Source: an uncultured Planctomycetales bacterium (GTDB lineage: Bacteria; Omnitrophota; Gorgyraeia; Gygaellales; Profunditerraquicolaceae). Taken from it: DNA of 64,000 nt. Position numbers and translations under genes: made by a program. The notes under the pieces were generated by a model, which did not search any database, was not told the origin of the DNA, and saw only the letters and a program-made list of their open reading frames with translations. The DNA lies in assembly GCA_964645795.1 (NCBI GenBank), contig CAZYCL010000009.1:505-64504 (forward strand), given 5' to 3'. Below, piece by piece: positions 28,150 through 37,562 of the stretch; within the stretch, counting starts at the first letter, position 1; each line of letters begins with the position of its first letter.

Positions 28150-28986
28150 ATGGAAACTCCCATCAGCAAGAAATACAATTTCTATCTTAACGGCACCAAC
28201 GGCAAGGCTGTCCTGCTCATCCACGGCATAACCGGCACTCCCAGCGAAATGCACTACTTTGGGAAAGGGCTCAATAAGGCAGGCTTCTCCGTCCTTTGCA
28301 ATACCCTGCCCAGGCACTGCGAAAGCCTGGGGGAGCTTAAAAAAGTGACCTGGCAGGAGATATACGCTTCCTGCGTAAGGGACTTCCAAGAGCTCTTAAA
28401 AATGAACAAAAAAGTGTTTGTTGCGGGGCTATCTATGGGGGCGCTTATGTGCCTGCATATTGCCAGCGAGTTCCAAAGCGAGGTAACCGGGATCATCGCC
28501 CTGGCCCCTACTTTCTTCTATGACGGCTGGGCGCTGCACAAAGGTAAGTTTCTCATGGAGCTGTTCTGGCATATACCTTTTGTGCGTAATACCGTGAATA
28601 TACGGGAAGGCTGGCCCTACGGTTTAAAAAACGAAAATCTGCGTTCCGGTATCGAGAGGTTCTATAAGAATGCCAGGGCCAGCGAGTTCGACGACAAGGT
28701 CCTGCTTTTCGGCAGCCCCTTTTTCCCCCTTGCCTGCCTTTATCAGCATAAGCTCTTCGTTAAAGTGGTGAACAAGAACCTGTCCGCCGTCAAGAACCCC
28801 ATACTCGTAATTCACGCCAAAGAAGATGATATGACCAGCCCCAGGAATGCCGAGTATCTGTACCGCGCAGTCTCATCCGCCAGAAAATCCCTGGTATTAC
28901 TGGAAGACTCTTACCACATGGTCACTATTGATAAAGAAAAAAAGAAGGTAGTCGAAGATTCGGTTAATTTCTTAAGCTCCCTATAA
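28150..28986 (+). CDS. alpha/beta-hydrolase (carboxylesterase or lysophospholipase-like)
   Basis: HG oxyanion motif LLIHGITG. Nucleophile elbow GLSMGA (GxSxG). C-terminal Asp and His candidates. Confidence 0.7.
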   Translation: METPISKKYNFYLNGTNGKAVLLIHGITGTPSEMHYFGKGLNKAGFSVLCNTLPRHCESLGELKKVTWQEIYASCVRDFQELLKMNKKVFVAGLSMGALMCLHIASEFQSEVTGIIALAPTFFYDGWALHKGKFLMELFWHIPFVRNTVNIREGWPYGLKNENLRSGIERFYKNARASEFDDKVLLFGSPFFPLACLYQHKLFVKVVNKNLSAVKNPILVIHAKEDDMTSPRNAEYLYRAVSSARKSLVLLEDSYHMVTIDKEKKKVVEDSVNFLSSL

Positions 28987-28993
28987 TACGAAA

Positions 28994-30499
28994 ATGAAAT
29001 ACGATGCCGCGGTAATCGGTGCCGGAATGGCGGGTGTCATTTCTGCGCTTAAGCTTTCCGCCTCCGGGGCCAAGGTCGTCCTTTTTGAAAAACTCCCCGT
29101 TCCCGGGGGTTTTGCGACCAGCTTTAAGAGGAGGGGGTTTTTGTTTGAGTCGGCTATCCATTGCGTTGACTCGCTAGGCGAGAACGGCGAGATGCGCCTT
29201 TTCTTCGAGGCCCATGGCATAGACCAGAAAGTCGATTTTATCAAGCTAAAGGATTTCAGCAGGATCATCTATCCTGAACACGATTTTGTCGCTGATTTCA
29301 GCAAAGATAATTTCTTGCAGTACCTCAAGAGCAGCTTCTCGGCAGAGGAGCCAGGCATCCGAAGGCTTTTTGAAAAGTTCGACTCCTTCTACCGCCAGTT
29401 CGACAGCTATTGCGTATCCCGCATGCCGCAGTGGCTGAAGTTGGCCGGGGGCCTGTTTTTTTACCCCATGATCGCAAAAGTTTCTTTAGCCACCGCAGAC
29501 CAGCTCATATCGGCTTATATTAAAGATGCAAAATTAAAGGCGCTGATAGGTGAGATCTGGAGGTATATGGGGCTGGCGCCTTCCAGGCTGTCGGCCTTTT
29601 ATTTTCTGCTGGTTTTGCGGGGGTTTTTTTATGAGCCTACCTGTTACGTAAAAGGCGGGTTCGGCAGGTTGTTCTCTGCCATAACGGATAAGATAAAGGA
29701 AAACGGCGGTACTGTCCTGTTCAACACCGAGGTAAGATCGATTAAAACTGCTGCCGGCAGGCGCGTAAGAGGGTTGGTCGCTTCAGGAGGGAAGGAATAC
29801 GAGGCACCTTGCGTTATATCCAACGCCAGCGCCCCCGACACCCTTTTAAGGCTTTTGGATAATCCCAAGGCCTCAGGCGCCGACAGGATAAAGCTCTCGG
29901 GACTTGAGAAGTCGGTCTCTGCTTTCCAGGTGTATCTGGGCCTTAGGCTTCCGGCCAAGGGCATGGGTATGGACCACGCCATGATCTCCGTAAATACCTG
30001 CTATGATCATGACCTGAACTACAAGTATTCTGTTTTCGGAGATTATGAGAATTGCCCGTTTACCATGGTCGATCATGCCCAGATCGACCCGTCATTGGTA
30101 GAGCCGGGAAAGGGGAGCCTGATGGTCATGGCCCTGGATAATTACTCGAACTGGGCCGGCCTTGCAGTCCAGGAGTATAAGAAGAAGAAGGCTGCGGTCG
30201 CGGCAAAGCTTATCAGCCGGGCAGAGCGATATCTGCCGGGCCTAAGCGGCTGCATTGAGGTCATGGAGGCAGCTACGCCGCTTACTATGGCCAGATACGG
30301 CTCTTCTCCTGAAGGGGCTATATATGGGTTTGCTCAGACCCCGGACCAGGCCGGGATAAGCAGGTTGGCTCAAAAGACCGCCGTAAAGGGCTTGTTTTTG
30401 ACCGGTGCCTGGACCAGGCCCGGAGGAGGGGTGCACGGCTGCTTTGTGTCCGGGATAGATGCCGCTGAAATGGCCATGAAACATTTGGGCAGGAGATAG
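28994..30499 (+). CDS. FAD/NAD(P)-binding oxidoreductase of the phytoene-desaturase (CrtI) amine-oxidase superfamily
   Basis: N-terminal DAAVIGAGMAGVISALKL..FEKLPVPGG dinucleotide-binding fold. About 500 aa, typical of CrtI-like enzymes. Confidence 0.7.
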   Translation: MKYDAAVIGAGMAGVISALKLSASGAKVVLFEKLPVPGGFATSFKRRGFLFESAIHCVDSLGENGEMRLFFEAHGIDQKVDFIKLKDFSRIIYPEHDFVADFSKDNFLQYLKSSFSAEEPGIRRLFEKFDSFYRQFDSYCVSRMPQWLKLAGGLFFYPMIAKVSLATADQLISAYIKDAKLKALIGEIWRYMGLAPSRLSAFYFLLVLRGFFYEPTCYVKGGFGRLFSAITDKIKENGGTVLFNTEVRSIKTAAGRRVRGLVASGGKEYEAPCVISNASAPDTLLRLLDNPKASGADRIKLSGLEKSVSAFQVYLGLRLPAKGMGMDHAMISVNTCYDHDLNYKYSVFGDYENCPFTMVDHAQIDPSLVEPGKGSLMVMALDNYSNWAGLAVQEYKKKKAAVAAKLISRAERYLPGLSGCIEVMEAATPLTMARYGSSPEGAIYGFAQTPDQAGISRLAQKTAVKGLFLTGAWTRPGGGVHGCFVSGIDAAEMAMKHLGRR

Positions 30500-30504
30500 T
30501 TAGC

Positions 30505-31161
30505 TTGAAAAGACAGCATAAGCTTGCCAGGGATACGGCCAGGATCACTTCAGGCAGCCTTAAGGGCAGGATTTTAAGGTTGCCTTCCGGCATAAGGCCG
30601 ACGCAGGAAAAGGTCAGGAAGGCCTTTTTTGACATAATCGGCGATATCGCGGGGCTTTCTTTCCTGGAGCTGTTTGCCGGTTCCGGAGCAGTCGGCTTTG
30701 AGGCTGTCTCCAGAGGGGTAAAGGAGCTGGTTTTGGTGGAGAATAACAGGGATTGCCAGTTGGCGATCTCCAAGAATATAGAGAATCTGAAGATTGTCGC
30801 TTGCGAATCCTATCCTCACCGCGTTGAACAGGCTCTGGAAGCGATAAAGAAAAGGGGCAGGAGCTTTGATGTAATCTTCCTGGATCCCCCCTATAACAAG
30901 GCGGAGTTTTACTCGGGCCGCGATGTTCCGGATAGCGGGAAAAACCAGGGTTGCGAGGCCGGAAAAGAGGGGTCCCTGGCAAAAAAAACCTTGCAAATGC
31001 TGGGGGCTTATGATATATTAGCGCCCAATGGTTTGATAGCCGTGCAGCATTTTAAGAAGGATGAACTCCCAAGCTCATGCGGGGAGTTCATTTTGGTTAA
31101 AGAGGCCGGTTACGGGGATACGGTGCTTTCGTTCTACAGGAAGCCCTCCCCGAAAGCTTAA
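30505..31161 (+). CDS. rsmD: 16S rRNA (guanine966-N2)-methyltransferase RsmD (TTG start, N terminus uncertain)
   Basis: LDLFAGSGALGFEAVSRG-type AdoMet motif. DPPY substrate-binding motif. Conserved adjacency to coaD. Confidence 0.8.
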   Translation: MKRQHKLARDTARITSGSLKGRILRLPSGIRPTQEKVRKAFFDIIGDIAGLSFLELFAGSGAVGFEAVSRGVKELVLVENNRDCQLAISKNIENLKIVACESYPHRVEQALEAIKKRGRSFDVIFLDPPYNKAEFYSGRDVPDSGKNQGCEAGKEGSLAKKTLQMLGAYDILAPNGLIAVQHFKKDELPSSCGEFILVKEAGYGDTVLSFYRKPSPKA

Positions 31162-31171
31162 CGCTTTAAGG

Positions 31172-31657
31172 ATGCAAAAGACCGCTATATATCCAGGCAC
31201 GTTTGATCCTGTCACCTATGGGCATATTGATCTCATAGAGAGGGCGCAGGAGATATTTGGTCAGATAATAGTGGCGGTCGCGCATAACCCTCACAAGAAG
31301 CCTCTCTTCGGCCTGAAAGAGCGCGTAAAGCTGCTGGAGCTTGCCACCGCGCGCCTTAAAGGCGTGGAAGTCGTCTCCTTTAACGGATTGGTCGTGGATT
31401 TTGCCCGCAGACGCAAAGCTCAGGTGCTGATCAGAGGGTTACGCATGATCTCTGATTTTGAATACGAGTTCCAGATGGCCCTGACCAACAGGAAGATCGC
31501 CCCCGATATCGAAACGATCTTTTTAATGCCTCACGAATCTTACAGCTATATCTCTTCAAAGCTGCTTAAGGAGGCAGCGTCTCTGGGCGCCGATATATCC
31601 AGCTTTGTGCCGGATTTTGTATCCAGGGCGATTGTCAGCAAACTCGGCAAGGCCTGA
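31172..31657 (+). CDS. coaD: phosphopantetheine adenylyltransferase
   Basis: AIYPGTFDPVTYGHIDLI matches the T/HxGH nucleotidyltransferase motif. About 160 aa. Confidence 0.9.
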   Translation: MQKTAIYPGTFDPVTYGHIDLIERAQEIFGQIIVAVAHNPHKKPLFGLKERVKLLELATARLKGVEVVSFNGLVVDFARRRKAQVLIRGLRMISDFEYEFQMALTNRKIAPDIETIFLMPHESYSYISSKLLKEAASLGADISSFVPDFVSRAIVSKLGKA

Positions 31658-31665
31658 CAGGCACG

Positions 31666-32085
31666 ATGAAAATCGAACTCCACAGGATCCCGTCGGAGGG
31701 GTTGAGTCTTTATGAGGAGATAGACCCCGCCAAGCTCGACCTTGAGATAGAGAACGTGAATTTCCGCCAGCCGATAAAGCTGACTGCGGAGGTTTTCCGG
31801 ATATATAACGTGGTGAAGGCGGATCTGGTCATCGAAGCCTCTATCTACGGCAACTGCAGCCGGTGTCTGGATGAGTATAGTTTTGAATTCCGTAAGAAGC
31901 TGACTTTAAATTATCCCGTTAGCAAATCTGACCTGGTCATTGACCTGGATTCTGAAGTAAGGGAAGAATTGATCGTCAATTATCCGCTTAAACCTTTATG
32001 CAGGCAGGACTGCAAGGGGATGTGTTTGAAGTGCGGCAAGAATTTGAATATAGAAAAGTGTGATTGCGAAAAGCATAAAGCCTAA
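31666..32085 (+). CDS. yceD: YceD/DUF177 family protein (23S rRNA accumulation protein)
   Basis: C-terminal CxxDCKGMCxKCGxNLN..CDC cysteine cluster. Position directly upstream of rpmF. Confidence 0.75.
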   Translation: MKIELHRIPSEGLSLYEEIDPAKLDLEIENVNFRQPIKLTAEVFRIYNVVKADLVIEASIYGNCSRCLDEYSFEFRKKLTLNYPVSKSDLVIDLDSEVREELIVNYPLKPLCRQDCKGMCLKCGKNLNIEKCDCEKHKA

Positions 32086-32099
32086 AGAGGGAGGAAGTT

Positions 32100-32303
32100 G
32101 TGGCACTACCAAAGAAAAGACATTCTAAGACGCGCGGCAGGAAGCGTCGTACGCACTGGAAGCTGGCGACCGCAAATCTTGCCCCCTGCCCCCAATGTAA
32201 GCAGCCCAAGATCAGCCATCAGGTCTGCAGGGTGTGCGGTTATTACAACGGCAAGCCGGTTATAGAGATAAAAGTCAAAGAGAAAAAGAAGAAGAAGGGT
32301 TGA
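32100..32303 (+). CDS. rpmF: 50S ribosomal protein L32 (GTG start)
   Basis: ALPKKRHSKTRGRKRR start. CxxC..CxxC zinc ribbon. Confidence 0.85.
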   Translation: MALPKKRHSKTRGRKRRTHWKLATANLAPCPQCKQPKISHQVCRVCGYYNGKPVIEIKVKEKKKKKG

Positions 32304-32311
32304 TCGGCACT

Positions 32312-33304
32312 ATGACAAAGATTGTAGTGGATGCCATGGGAGGGGATTACGCGCCCGGTGTGGTCATAGACGGGGCAGTAGCCGCGGTCAGGGAGTACGA
32401 TGTTGAAGTGATCCTTGTCGGCAAGGAAGACGCCATCAAAAACCTCCTTCATAAGGTAAAATATACCGGCAACAGGATACACATCCATCATGCCCCCGAT
32501 GTTATAGGTATGTCCGAGTCTGCGGCTACCAGCGTTAGGCGCAAAAGACAGTCCTCCATAGTAGTCGGCGTCAACCTGGTAAAAGAAGGAAAAGGCCAGG
32601 CGTTCTTTAGCGCCGGCAATACCGGTGCCGTGGTCTGCGCGGCTACCCTGGGACTGGGGCTTCTGCCGGGAGTGGAGAGGCCCGGTATAGCCATTGTCAC
32701 TCCTACCGTAAAAGGCATATCCCTGGTCATAGATGTCGGCGCCAACATTGACCCTAAGCCCAACCAGCTTCTGCAATACGGGATCATGGCGGATGCATAC
32801 TTTCGTCACATACTTAACCGGCCGAATCCCACCGTCGGAATTCTTAATATCGGAGAAGAGGAGGGTAAAGGAACCGATTTCATAAAAGAGGCGCGCGACC
32901 TGCTGCAGAAATCAGCCCTTAATTTTATAGGCAATGTCGAAGGTAAAGAGTTTTTCTCCGGTAAATGCGATATCATTATCTGTGACGGGTTTGTGGGCAA
33001 TATCGCCCTGAAGGTTTCCGAAAGCGCGGCAGAAGCGATGCAGGTATTCTTAAGGCGTCATCTGCTCAGCAATATCCTTGGCAAGATCGGGGTATTGTTT
33101 TTGGCGCCCAACTTCAGCCGTTTTAAGAAAGAGCTTGATTACGCCGAGTACGGCGGCGCTCCTCTTCTTGGCGTCAACGGAGTGGCCATTATCGGGCACG
33201 GCAGGTCGAATGTCAAGGCGATCAAGAACGCAATAAGGGTGGCCAAGGAAGAGGTTGAGCGCAAGTTCAACGAGAAGATACTGGAGGCGATAAAGGCGCG
33301 TTAA
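32312..33304 (+). CDS. plsX: phosphate acyltransferase PlsX
   Basis: KIVVDAMGGDYAP start. Full-length PlsX fold. Position upstream of fabH. Confidence 0.9.
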   Translation: MTKIVVDAMGGDYAPGVVIDGAVAAVREYDVEVILVGKEDAIKNLLHKVKYTGNRIHIHHAPDVIGMSESAATSVRRKRQSSIVVGVNLVKEGKGQAFFSAGNTGAVVCAATLGLGLLPGVERPGIAIVTPTVKGISLVIDVGANIDPKPNQLLQYGIMADAYFRHILNRPNPTVGILNIGEEEGKGTDFIKEARDLLQKSALNFIGNVEGKEFFSGKCDIIICDGFVGNIALKVSESAAEAMQVFLRRHLLSNILGKIGVLFLAPNFSRFKKELDYAEYGGAPLLGVNGVAIIGHGRSNVKAIKNAIRVAKEEVERKFNEKILEAIKAR

Positions 33305-33305
33305 G

Positions 33306-34283
33306 ATGAAGAAAGTCGGCGTGATCGGGGTAGGCGAATACCTGCCGAAAAAAAAGCTGACCAACGCAGACCTGGAGAAGATGGTCGATACCTCCGATGA
33401 ATGGATAACTACGCGTACCGGCATAAGAGAGAGGCGCATCGCGGCAAAGAATGAGGCTACTTCGGACCTGGCGGCTAAGGCCGCAAAAGAAGCCCTGGAG
33501 AACGCCGGCATTAAACCCAGCGAGACCGAGCTTATTATCGTGGCCACCATCACCCCGGACATGCAATTCCCCTCTACGGCCTGCGTACTTCAAAACTTGA
33601 TTGGTGCCAGCTCCGCGGCATGTTTGGATATATCCGCGGCCTGCGCGGGCTTTGTCTATGCCATAGATATCGCTGGGCAGTTCATTGCCAGAGGCGTATA
33701 TAAGAACGCTTTGATCGTCGGTGCCGAGACGATGTCCAGCGTTGTAGATTGGAAAGACCGTAATACCTGCGTGCTCTTCGGTGATGGTGCGGGGGCAGTG
33801 GTGCTTTCGGAGGTCAAATCAGGCGGGATACTTTCCTCTTACCTGGGCAGTGACGGCTCAAAGGCCGAGTTGTTAAAAGTATCGGCGGGAGGCTCCCGTC
33901 ATCCGGCCAGCACCGAGACTATCTCACACCGCCAGCACTATATCAGCATGGAAGGCAACGAAGTATTCAAGCTCGCGGTTACTTCCATGACGGAAGCTGC
34001 GCAGGTTGCCGTAAAGCGCGCCCATCTGGAGTGCAAAGACATCGATTTGGTAATACCTCATCAGGCCAATATCCGTATTATTATGGCTATGGCTAAAAAG
34101 CTGGGTTTGGCGCCCGAGAAAATATATCTGAATATAGAGAAGTACGGGAATATGTCTTCGGCTTCTACTGCCACCGCTTTATGTGAAGCGATTAAAGAGG
34201 GCAGGGTCAGGAAGGGCGACGTTGTGCTGTTGGTGGCTTTCGGTGCCGGGCTTGTCTGGGGGGCAACGGTCATCAAATGGTAG
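33306..34283 (+). CDS. fabH: 3-oxoacyl-ACP synthase III
   Basis: Active-site Cys in AACAGF. C-terminal HQAN and GNMSSAS blocks. Confidence 0.9.
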   Translation: MKKVGVIGVGEYLPKKKLTNADLEKMVDTSDEWITTRTGIRERRIAAKNEATSDLAAKAAKEALENAGIKPSETELIIVATITPDMQFPSTACVLQNLIGASSAACLDISAACAGFVYAIDIAGQFIARGVYKNALIVGAETMSSVVDWKDRNTCVLFGDGAGAVVLSEVKSGGILSSYLGSDGSKAELLKVSAGGSRHPASTETISHRQHYISMEGNEVFKLAVTSMTEAAQVAVKRAHLECKDIDLVIPHQANIRIIMAMAKKLGLAPEKIYLNIEKYGNMSSASTATALCEAIKEGRVRKGDVVLLVAFGAGLVWGATVIKW

Positions 34284-35203
34284 GCTATCTCTTTGCCGGC
34301 CAGGGCTCGCAATATATAGGTATGGGCAAAGACCTCTTCGAGGCGTTCCCGCAGGCCCGGGATGTCTTTGAGAGGGCTGACAGGGTCCTGGGTTTTTCGC
34401 TTTCGTCTTTATGCTTTGACGGCCAGCCCGAGCTGCTTAAGCAGACCGTTAACTCTCAGCCCGCTATTTTTACCGCTACTATCGCCGCCTATGAAGCTTT
34501 TAAATCCCGCGTTGATCTAAGGCCTTCCTTTGTTGCGGGGTTGAGCCTTGGCGAATACACGGGGCTTGTGGCTGCAGGCGTTCTTAGCTTTGAGGATGGA
34601 TTAAGGCTGGTCAGGCAAAGGGCCCGGATTATGGAAGAGGCCACTGTCAGCCACCCCGGAAAAATGGCGGCGGTGCTTGAGCTTGCCGTTGATAAATTAG
34701 AGAAGATTTGTGCCGCTTCAGGGTCCGAGATAGCCAACCTTAATGCGCCCGGCCAGGTAGTCATCTCCGGCAGCACAATATCTATCGGGAAGGCAAAGTC
34801 GCTGTGCGAAGAGGCCGGTGCCAAGAGGGTAGTGGAGCTGGAAGTCAACGGAGGTTTCCACTCATCCCTTATGCGCCAAGCTGCGGCAGAGCTTAGCGTT
34901 TTTATGGAAGGGATTAGTTTTTCCGAACCCGGCATTCCGCTGGTTAGCAATTTTGATGCCAAACCGCAGCGTGATTGCCTGCGGATAAAGGAAAACCTGG
35001 TTTTGCAGATGTATAATAGCGTGCGCTGGGAGGAGTCGATGCGCTTTATGCTCTCCCAGGGCGTTGACAGGTTCTTCGAGTTCGGTCCGGGCAAGGTGCT
35101 GAAAGGGCTTATGCGTAAGATCGACAGGGAGATAACGGTGATTAGCGTAGAAAACAAGGAAGATCTGCTTAGGCTTAACAAAGAGGGGAACGTATGCGTT
35201 TAA
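34277..35203 (+). CDS. fabD: malonyl CoA-ACP transacylase
   Basis: FAGQGSQ start. GLSLGEY active-site Ser motif. Confidence 0.9.
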   Translation: MVGYLFAGQGSQYIGMGKDLFEAFPQARDVFERADRVLGFSLSSLCFDGQPELLKQTVNSQPAIFTATIAAYEAFKSRVDLRPSFVAGLSLGEYTGLVAAGVLSFEDGLRLVRQRARIMEEATVSHPGKMAAVLELAVDKLEKICAASGSEIANLNAPGQVVISGSTISIGKAKSLCEEAGAKRVVELEVNGGFHSSLMRQAAAELSVFMEGISFSEPGIPLVSNFDAKPQRDCLRIKENLVLQMYNSVRWEESMRFMLSQGVDRFFEFGPGKVLKGLMRKIDREITVISVENKEDLLRLNKEGNVCV

Positions 35204-35937
35204 AGGATAAGGTTGCTCTGATCACGGGCGCGGCAAGAGGCATAGGCAGGTCGATAGCGCTTGCCTTTGCCAAAGAAGGCGCAGATATAGCGGTTATCGA
35301 TGTGGATCTGGCGCAGGCCCAGAATACCGCCGCCGATATCGAAGCCCTGGGGAGAAAGTCTCTGGCCTTAGCCGTTGATGTCACTAGCTTTGAGAAAACC
35401 GAGGAAGCGATAAACAAAATTCTTGACAAATTTACAAAGGTTGATATATTAGTTAACAATGCCGGGATTACCAAGGATAATTTGATGCTCAGGATGAGCC
35501 CGGCCGATTGGGATGCGGTAATAAACGTCAACCTCAAAGGCACATTTAATTGCCTTAAGGCCGTATCCCGGCCGATGATCAAGCAGCGCCAGGGCAGGAT
35601 AATCAATATCGCATCGATCATCGGCATAATGGGAAATGCCGGACAGGCAAACTACTCCGCCTCCAAAGGGGGCGTGATTGCTCTTACAAAAACAGCGGCC
35701 AAAGAGCTGGCCAGCCGTAATATCAATGTAAATGCCATAGCTCCCGGTTTCATCCAGACCGCGATGACCGACAAGCTTCCCGAGGATGTCAAGCAGAAGA
35801 TGCAGGAAGCGATACCCCTGGCAAGGCTGGGTCGGCCCGAGGATGTGGCGAATGCCTGCGTCTTTTTGGCATGCGCCGATTCGGATTATATCACCGGTCA
35901 GACTATCGTAGTGGATGGCGGGATGGTTATGCAGTAA
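35194..35937 (+). CDS. fabG: 3-oxoacyl-ACP reductase (housekeeping)
   Basis: [22 protein letters not shown]. Position between fabD and acpP. Confidence 0.9.
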   Translation: MRLKDKVALITGAARGIGRSIALAFAKEGADIAVIDVDLAQAQNTAADIEALGRKSLALAVDVTSFEKTEEAINKILDKFTKVDILVNNAGITKDNLMLRMSPADWDAVINVNLKGTFNCLKAVSRPMIKQRQGRIINIASIIGIMGNAGQANYSASKGGVIALTKTAAKELASRNINVNAIAPGFIQTAMTDKLPEDVKQKMQEAIPLARLGRPEDVANACVFLACADSDYITGQTIVVDGGMVMQ

Positions 35938-35959
35938 GCTTCAACAAGGAGGAAAAAGA

Positions 35960-36199
35960 ATGGCAGTCCAGGATAAAGTAAAGTCAATAATTGCTGAACA
36001 GTTGGGCGTAAAACCCGAAGAGGTCACTCCCGAGGCGTCATTCGTCGATGACCTGGGCGCCGATTCTTTGGATACCGTGGAGCTGGTCATGGCCCTGGAA
36101 GAGGAGTTTGGCATCGAGATACCGGATGAGGACGCCGAGAAGATAACTACCGTAGGCGACGCTGTAAAATATATCGAGGAGAAAGCTGCAAGTAAGTAA
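35960..36199 (+). CDS. acpP: acyl carrier protein (housekeeping)
   Basis: [21 protein letters not shown] canonical ACP motif. AAGGAGG RBS. Confidence 0.9.
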   Translation: MAVQDKVKSIIAEQLGVKPEEVTPEASFVDDLGADSLDTVELVMALEEEFGIEIPDEDAEKITTVGDAVKYIEEKAASK

Positions 36200-36229
36200 G
36201 AAATCCATTCCTAAAACAGTGTTCTTCTG

Positions 36230-36259
36230 CCCCGCCGTAGGACTGGCGGGGTAGTTTTT
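36230..36259 (+). terminator. hairpin plus T-run between acpP and fabF (partial terminator or attenuator)
   Basis: CCCCGCC-gtaggact-GGCGGGG followed by tagTTTTT. Confidence 0.5.
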
Positions 36260-36295
36260 ATAACGGTTTTAAGTCAAAACAACGCGGATCAGAGC

Positions 36296-37546
36296 ATGAA
36301 TATAAAAGAGCATAGGGTAGTAGTTACCGGCGCCGGGATCATCTCTCCTGTCGGTAATGACGTGGCCACCTTCTGGAAATCATTGAGAGAGGGTAAGAGC
36401 GGCGTGGGCCCGCTTACTTCCTTTGACGCGGCTAAATTCGATTCGCGCATAGCCGGAGAGGTCAAGGGGTTTGAGCCGGCTAAATACGGCATCACCTTTA
36501 AAGAAACCAAGCGTATGGACAAGTTTGTCCAGTATGCCGTAGCAAGCGCCAAGCAGGCCATAGATTCTTCGGGGCTGGACCTTAAACAACTGGATACTAC
36601 CCGTATCGGGGTGGTCATAGGTTCGGGCATAGGCAGCCTCTACACCATCGAAGAGCAGCATAAGATAATGCTGGAAAAGGGCCCTTCGCGCATGTCGCCT
36701 TTTCTTATTCCCATGCTTATCGTAAATGAGGCCAGCGGAAACGTCGCCATTGTTTTCGGGCTCAAGGGGCCTAACTCCTGCGTGGCCACCGCTTGCGCTT
36801 CCGGTTCGCATTCGATAGGGGACGCCTTCCGGATGCTTCAGCGCGGAGACGCAGACTGCATGATCACCGGCGGTACCGAGAGCTGTATTGTGCCTACGGG
36901 TGTGGGCGGATTTTGCGCGCTTAAGGCGCTTTCAACCAGGAACGGCCAGCCTCAAAAAGCCAGCAGGCCGTTTGACCTGGACAGGGACGGCTTCATTATG
37001 GCCGAAGGTTGCGGCCTGGTGGTCTTGGAGACCTTGGAGCATGCTACCAAAAGGAAGGCCGAGATTATTGCAGAGATCGTAGGTTTTGGCATGACCTGCG
37101 ACGCCTACCATCTTACCGCCCCCGACCCAGAGGGCGAAGGAGCGGCAAGGGCGATGAGCCTGGCGATAAAAGACGCCCGGATTGCCGCCGAGGATATCGA
37201 TTATATAAACGCCCACGGCACTTCTACAAAGCTTAACGACAAGCTGGAGACGCTCTCCATTAAGAGATCGTTGGGGGCCTGCGCCAGGAAAGTCATGGTT
37301 TCATCCACCAAGTCGATGACCGGTCACCTCCTGGGAGCAGCCGGCGGAGTGGAGTTTGTTGCCTGCTGCCTGGCGATAAGGGACGGGGTCATCCCGCCCA
37401 CCATAAATTACGAAACTCCTGACCCCGATTGCGACCTGGATTATGTCCCTAACCAGGCGCGCACCTGCGATGTTGACATTTGCGTTTCTAACTCACTTGG
37501 TTTTGGCGGGCATAACGCTTCCCTCGTGGTCCGGAAATTCAAATAA
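36296..37546 (+). CDS. fabF: 3-oxoacyl-ACP synthase II
   Basis: Cys in ATACASGSHSIG. HGTST and KSMTGHLLGAAG motifs. Confidence 0.9.
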   Translation: MNIKEHRVVVTGAGIISPVGNDVATFWKSLREGKSGVGPLTSFDAAKFDSRIAGEVKGFEPAKYGITFKETKRMDKFVQYAVASAKQAIDSSGLDLKQLDTTRIGVVIGSGIGSLYTIEEQHKIMLEKGPSRMSPFLIPMLIVNEASGNVAIVFGLKGPNSCVATACASGSHSIGDAFRMLQRGDADCMITGGTESCIVPTGVGGFCALKALSTRNGQPQKASRPFDLDRDGFIMAEGCGLVVLETLEHATKRKAEIIAEIVGFGMTCDAYHLTAPDPEGEGAARAMSLAIKDARIAAEDIDYINAHGTSTKLNDKLETLSIKRSLGACARKVMVSSTKSMTGHLLGAAGGVEFVACCLAIRDGVIPPTINYETPDPDCDLDYVPNQARTCDVDICVSNSLGFGGHNASLVVRKFK

Positions 37547-37562
37547 CATAAGTCAGCCAGTC

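Noticed and set aside
27589-28389. 266-aa minus-strand ORF
   Set aside because: It is antisense to the active KS gene and the alpha/beta-hydrolase start. It has no motifs.
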